Shown piece after piece: positions 59,416 to 64,000 of a stretch of 64,000 nt of DNA. The notes below the pieces were generated by a model, which saw only the letters and a program-made list of their open reading frames with translations, made no database searches and had not been told where the DNA came from. Source of the DNA: Emiliania huxleyi CCMP1516 (taxonomy: Eukaryota). Position numbers and translations under genes: made by a program. Location of the stretch: NCBI RefSeq assembly GCF_000372725.1, contig NW_005201984.1, forward strand, positions 124,001-188,000, written 5' to 3'. Position 1 is the first letter of the stretch. The number at the start of each line of letters is the position of its first letter.

Positions 59416-60117
59416 AACCACACTGCCGGGGTGTGAATAGCCGGCCGCTCGCGAGGTCTCGGAGAAACTTAGTGTACACGTATATGGCAGATTTGTCAAT
59501 GGTACCGCGTCTGCGACGCGGGCGCCTTGCGTGCAGAGCCCTTACCCACCCTTTATATCTTGCGCGGTCAAAAGAAAGGCGCGAGCGCTCGAACCCGCTC
59601 CTTCGACGAACTAGCACGACGATGAGCGCCCCGCAGCCCGCCGGCCCCGCCACGCGCACGCGCAAAACACAAACATTTGGTATTGCTAAAAATCTCTCTC
59701 TCACGCGCACCGCGCTTGGCGACACCAGACAACAAGTACGCCAGCTAAAGGCGACGCGCGGCCGCGGCGGCTGTAGTAGCGGCGGATACGCGTGCGGGGC
59801 GTGGAGCAGTCCGGCGACGAGCGCGAGTGCCACCACTAGTGTCATCTCCGCCAGACTGATCTGGGCTGGAAGATCCACTTTGCGCCAAATTCTTTTCGAG
59901 CCGGTGTGTGCCAGTCCGCGCCAGTCGCGCCCTTGTCGTGCCGTGTGCTGTGAGCGAGGAGGTTCAAGAATTCTTTTCGAGCGATCGACTGCGCTCGCGC
60001 CAGCCACCTACGAAGAACCGTGGCCTTCGCGCCGCACGCTCTCGTAACGTCCTCCAGCAGCAGGTGCAGGAGCCGAAGGAGTCTCCGAGTGGAGGCCGCC
60101 GACTCGGCGGTGTGTAT

Positions 60118-63100
60118 ATGTGGCGCGCCGGTCACGTCGGACGACGGCTCCGACAGCATCTGACTCGTCGGACACCTGCGCTCTCGAGCATTGCGCGAGC
60201 ACTCTCGACTGGTCCGGCCGCCGAGCTGCAGCCTCCGCCGGAGCCGGAGCGGCACCGCGGCGACAAGCGTGCGCGGCAGCTCACGACCTCGATCACCTCC
60301 TCTCCCGACGCCGAGTCGCTGCTCTCCCTGTTTGCGAGGCGCGGCGACGACTTCAACGACCGCCACATCTCCGCCTTTTGGACCACGCTCGGCCGTCTCG
60401 CGCGGGCCGGACAGACCCGCCTGCGCCTGCACGCCGACGCCGACGCCGTCGACGCGCTGCGCGAGCCGTGCCACGTGACTGCGGCGCTGCTCTCGACGCA
60501 GCTCGTGGAGCCGCGCGTGGTCTCGTCGGTGCTCCACTCGCTCGCAGCGGCGAGGCTCACCGGGCACGGCCCGTGGGAGCACGTCTGGCGGGACGGAGCG
60601 AGCGCGGCGCTCGCCTCGGACTTGCGCGAGTATGCGCCGCAAGCCCTGTCCAACCTGGCGTGGGCCCTCGCGCACAACCGAGGCAGCGCGCCCAGCGACC
60701 TCCTCGACGCGATCGCGATCGAGATCACGGCGTGCCACGACCCCACTTGCCCCCACCCTCTCACCGAGCGGTGCCCACCCCCGGAGCAGTGGCCTCTCTC
60801 CTCCCCTCCCGACCCGCCACTCGGCCTGCCGGCTCACCCAGCCGCCCGCGCCTGTCCGCAGGCCCGCCTCTCCTCGCCGCACTCTGCGCGTAGCTTCACG
60901 CCGCAGGGCCTCGCAAACACGGCCTGGGCCTTTGCCGAGGTCAGCCGCCCCGCGAGTGCAGGCGGCGCTGCCATCGGCGCTGCCGCCGGCCGCGCCGCCG
61001 CCGCCGCCTCGCCACTGCTGCCGGCGCGCCTCTTCGACGCCATTGCTGCGGTGGCAGCCAGCCGCGCAGCCGATTTCAACGAGCAGGAGCTGAGCAACCT
61101 CGCGCGTGCCTTTGCGACGGCGGGGCACGAGGCGCCGGAGCTGCTCGACGCCATCGCACGCGCAGCACGGCAGCGGTTGAGCGAGTTCACGCCTCAGGGC
61201 GCCGTCACCGCGAGCTCGGCCTGATTCGTCGCTAGGAATCCTAGTGGGTCATTGATCAGTCATTGACTCGTCATTAGGCCTCGCCACCGTGAGCTGGGCC
61301 TTTGCCAAGTCGGCTCACCCTGCTTGGCGCGGCGCCGTGCCACCTGCTTCCGCGCAGGGCGGACGTGCACAGGGCGGCGACGCGCCTAGTGCAGGCCCGC
61401 CGCCGCTACGCGCCGCTCTCTGCGCCGAGCTGCTTGTCGAGGGCCGCGCCGCCGCCCTCAACCCCGCCGAGCTCGCCATCACGCTGTGGGCGTTTGCCAC
61501 GGCCGGACACACCGGCGGCGAGCCGTACCGGTGCTTGGGTGAGGCCCTGATGCCGCGCCTGTTTCCGCCTCGAGACCTCGAGGGACAGGCGCCCTCTCCT
61601 CCGCCGCCCTCTTCCCCGCCGCCCAATCTTCCGCTGCCAGAATCATCGCCATTCTCTCCTCCGCGTCCCTCTCCTCTGCCCCGTCCGTCACCGCCACTGC
61701 CGCCCCCCATCCCCCAACCCCCTCGAGTGCTGCGGTCGCCACCCGCCCGCCCGACTCTGCGGCAGGCCATCTCCAACGCGGCGTGGGCGCTCGCGACGGC
61801 GCGGCACGAGAACCCGCGCCTCTTCTCGGCGCTCGCACAGGCCGCCGCCGCAAACATCGACCGGCTCGGCGCCCTTGACCTCTCCAACTTGGCGTGGGCG
61901 TTTGCTTGGTCGAGCCAGGTGCCCGTGGCAGAGCACCCCGCCTTCTACTCCCGGCGCGCCACCCCAGATCGCGAAAGCGGCCCCCGTCTACTCGAGCCAG
62001 CACTCGACAGTACTCTGCCGCATTCCATCGCGTTTATGGCCTAGCCGCTGCGCGAGTAGTATAACGCTCGCACTCATGCGAGGCGCACAGTGATGCGGCT
62101 CATCCAGCGCGCCAGGCTCGGCTCTGCGGCGCTCGTGCGGCTCAGCGACTTTGACGGCGGGTCGCTCTCAAACCTCGCGTGGGCCCTCGCGGTCGCCTCC
62201 CCGTCCCCCGACGTGCTGGACGCCGTCGCCGCCGCCGCCCTTTCCGAGCGGCTGGCGGAGGTGCACGGCAGCACGGCGCTCAACGTGGGGCAGCTCTGCC
62301 AGGTGCACCAGTACCAGCTCTGGCTGGAGGAGCGCGGCGATGTGGCGGAGGAGCCCACCCGAGCCGCGCGTCGGGACGTGCCCGCGACGCGTCCCCGACG
62401 CGGTCCCCGACATGCCACGTAGGCGCTTCCCGAGGCGCTGCGCGAGCAGGCGCGCGACTCCTTCCTCGGCATGGCGCAGCTCGCCCCGTCGTCGCGGCTC
62501 GAGAGCCTAGATGCTGCAGACGCATCCCAGTATTCCAGCCAGCACCCGCGAGCACCTAACCGACGGCATCTCAGTGCGTTCAAGCCGTAGCCGCTATACG
62601 AAGCTTTTATTTCCCGCGAGACTCAAGGCATGCAGCGCCGCGATGCAGTCCTCGCCTCAGGTCGGTGTCCGATCACTGTAGGATGCAGAGGCTCGTCGCT
62701 AGGGAGTTGCGCGCAGTCGGCGGGGTGCGCTCCGTGGAGGAGGAGGTTGTGGTGGCGCAGGGGTACACGGTTGACTTGCTCGTGCAGCACGCGGACTTCG
62801 GCCCGCTGGCGGTCGAGGTGGACGGGCCGCACCACTTCCTGTCGGAAGGGTCCCGCCGGCCTACAGGGGCGACCCAGCTCAAGCGGCGGCAGCTGCGCAG
62901 CTCTGGGCTCCGTTTGGTCTCGCTTCCTTACTGGGAGCTGAACGAGCTGCAGGCCCAGCCCCGTAGAGGTAGAGATGATCTACGCGCTTGCTCTGCTTCT
63001 ACGAGCTCCCCTTGCGGCCCCAGCCCCGGGCACTGGCACGGTGCCACCAGTGGTCAGTGGAGCAGGCTTCTTGAGCGGGCCGTGAGAGACGACCAGCGAG

Positions 63101-63123
63101 TCGAGAGTGCGGATGACCCTTGA
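60118..63123 (+). CDS. Organellar helical-repeat (OPR/HPR-like) RNA-binding protein with C-terminal RAP domain (multi-exon)
   Basis: Mitochondrial-type transit peptide. Repeats YAPQALSNLAWALA, FTPQGLANTAWAFA, FNEQELSNLARAFATAG and LDLSNLAWAFA. RAP domain GYTVDLLV..AVEVDGPHHF..TQLKRRQLRSSGLRLVSLPYWE. Confidence 0.9.
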
Positions 63124-64000
63124 CACCGATCCCGATCTTCGGATCCACGCGAATGTGTGACAGCGATCCGAGCCGCGAGCGATCATGAGCGATGTCTCCG
63201 CACGCATGTGCCAGGCTTCATGTGGATCTGCCGGTACGGCTTTATGTCGGTCGTGTCCAGCCCCATGGTTGTTGGTCCATGCCATGGAGTGTCGTACGAG
63301 TGTGAATGAAGGCCTCGTAGCCCTGTCCGGTCTACTACACTAAGATCGTCGGCTGAGTGTCGCGCCGAGAAGCGAAGGCCGAAGCGTGCCGAAGCGCGAA
63401 GGGCGCAAAGTAGTTCTCCGCCGGAGTCAAGCTGCCAGTGTGTGCGTCGTGCTCTTAAAATAATGACACTGAGAGCTGTCAGAGGCTGCGAACACCTCGG
63501 CCCCCTGCTCCCCCTACTCCGGCGCTCGGCCCGCGCAGACAGCACTCAGCAGGTGCACGAGCGAGAGAGCCAACACACACTCCACGACACTGACGACGCA
63601 AACCATGGCGCACAAAGAGTGTGTGTGGGGAGCGGGAGGGGAAGGAGTGCTAGAGCGACAAGGCACGCGCGGGCGAGCAGCGCGCTCGCACACGCAAAAC
63701 ACAGAGTACCGTCCGTCGCATGCAGCCATGCATGCGGAGTTGCAGAGAGAGTGACAGCGGCGCCACCGGAGCCATCCACCGGAGTGTTGCACGCCACAGA
63801 GAGACAATCAGACAGGAAACGCAGTGCAGCCGGCGGAGTACATCTCACGCCGCTCATCGTGACGCCAGCCGCAAGCCGGGGGCGGGCGAGGGGCAGGCAG
63901 GCCACCATGCGAGGGGCAGGCAAGCCGCCGTGCGAGGCAAGACTCCAAGTCCGCCCGCATAACTCGCCGCGACCGGCCCACGCTCGCCCGCGTCCACGCG

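Overview
GC-rich eukaryotic genomic window from a draft assembly with three 100-N gaps. Short introns with frequent GC-AG borders and 10-15 bp intronic tandem repeats point to a haptophyte, probably Emiliania/Gephyrocapsa huxleyi (inference). About 20 protein genes are recognisable: a PhyH-like dioxygenase (partial), Tic22-like, ankyrin-KH, TPR membrane protein, Pro-rich surface protein, TM2, ALG6, SNF7/Vps32, a Zn-finger-TPR-GT2 fusion, a mitochondrial carrier, a Myb-like protein, NFS1, an FHA-RGG protein, a PanB-PanC fusion, a membrane pyrophosphatase, BART, ankyrin, mL40 and an OPR-RAP protein. There are also two frameshifted genes (SNF2 helicase; SH3-like/CysRS-C-like). Intergenic DNA holds non-autonomous TIR elements with target-site duplications, a Helitron-like helicase remnant and three families of very short retroposed fragments. 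The most interesting observations are: (1) a membrane PPase with bacterial Na+-PPase-type signature residues and an N-terminal signal peptide plus ShK-like domain; (2) a PanB-PanC fusion whose junction lies in one exon; (3) 28-95 bp micro-insertions of a few RNA-like templates, several flanked by TSDs; (4) a SNF2 gene inactivated by a series of 5-10 bp tandem duplications. All calls are by eye and no searches were run. Exon boundaries are manual estimates.
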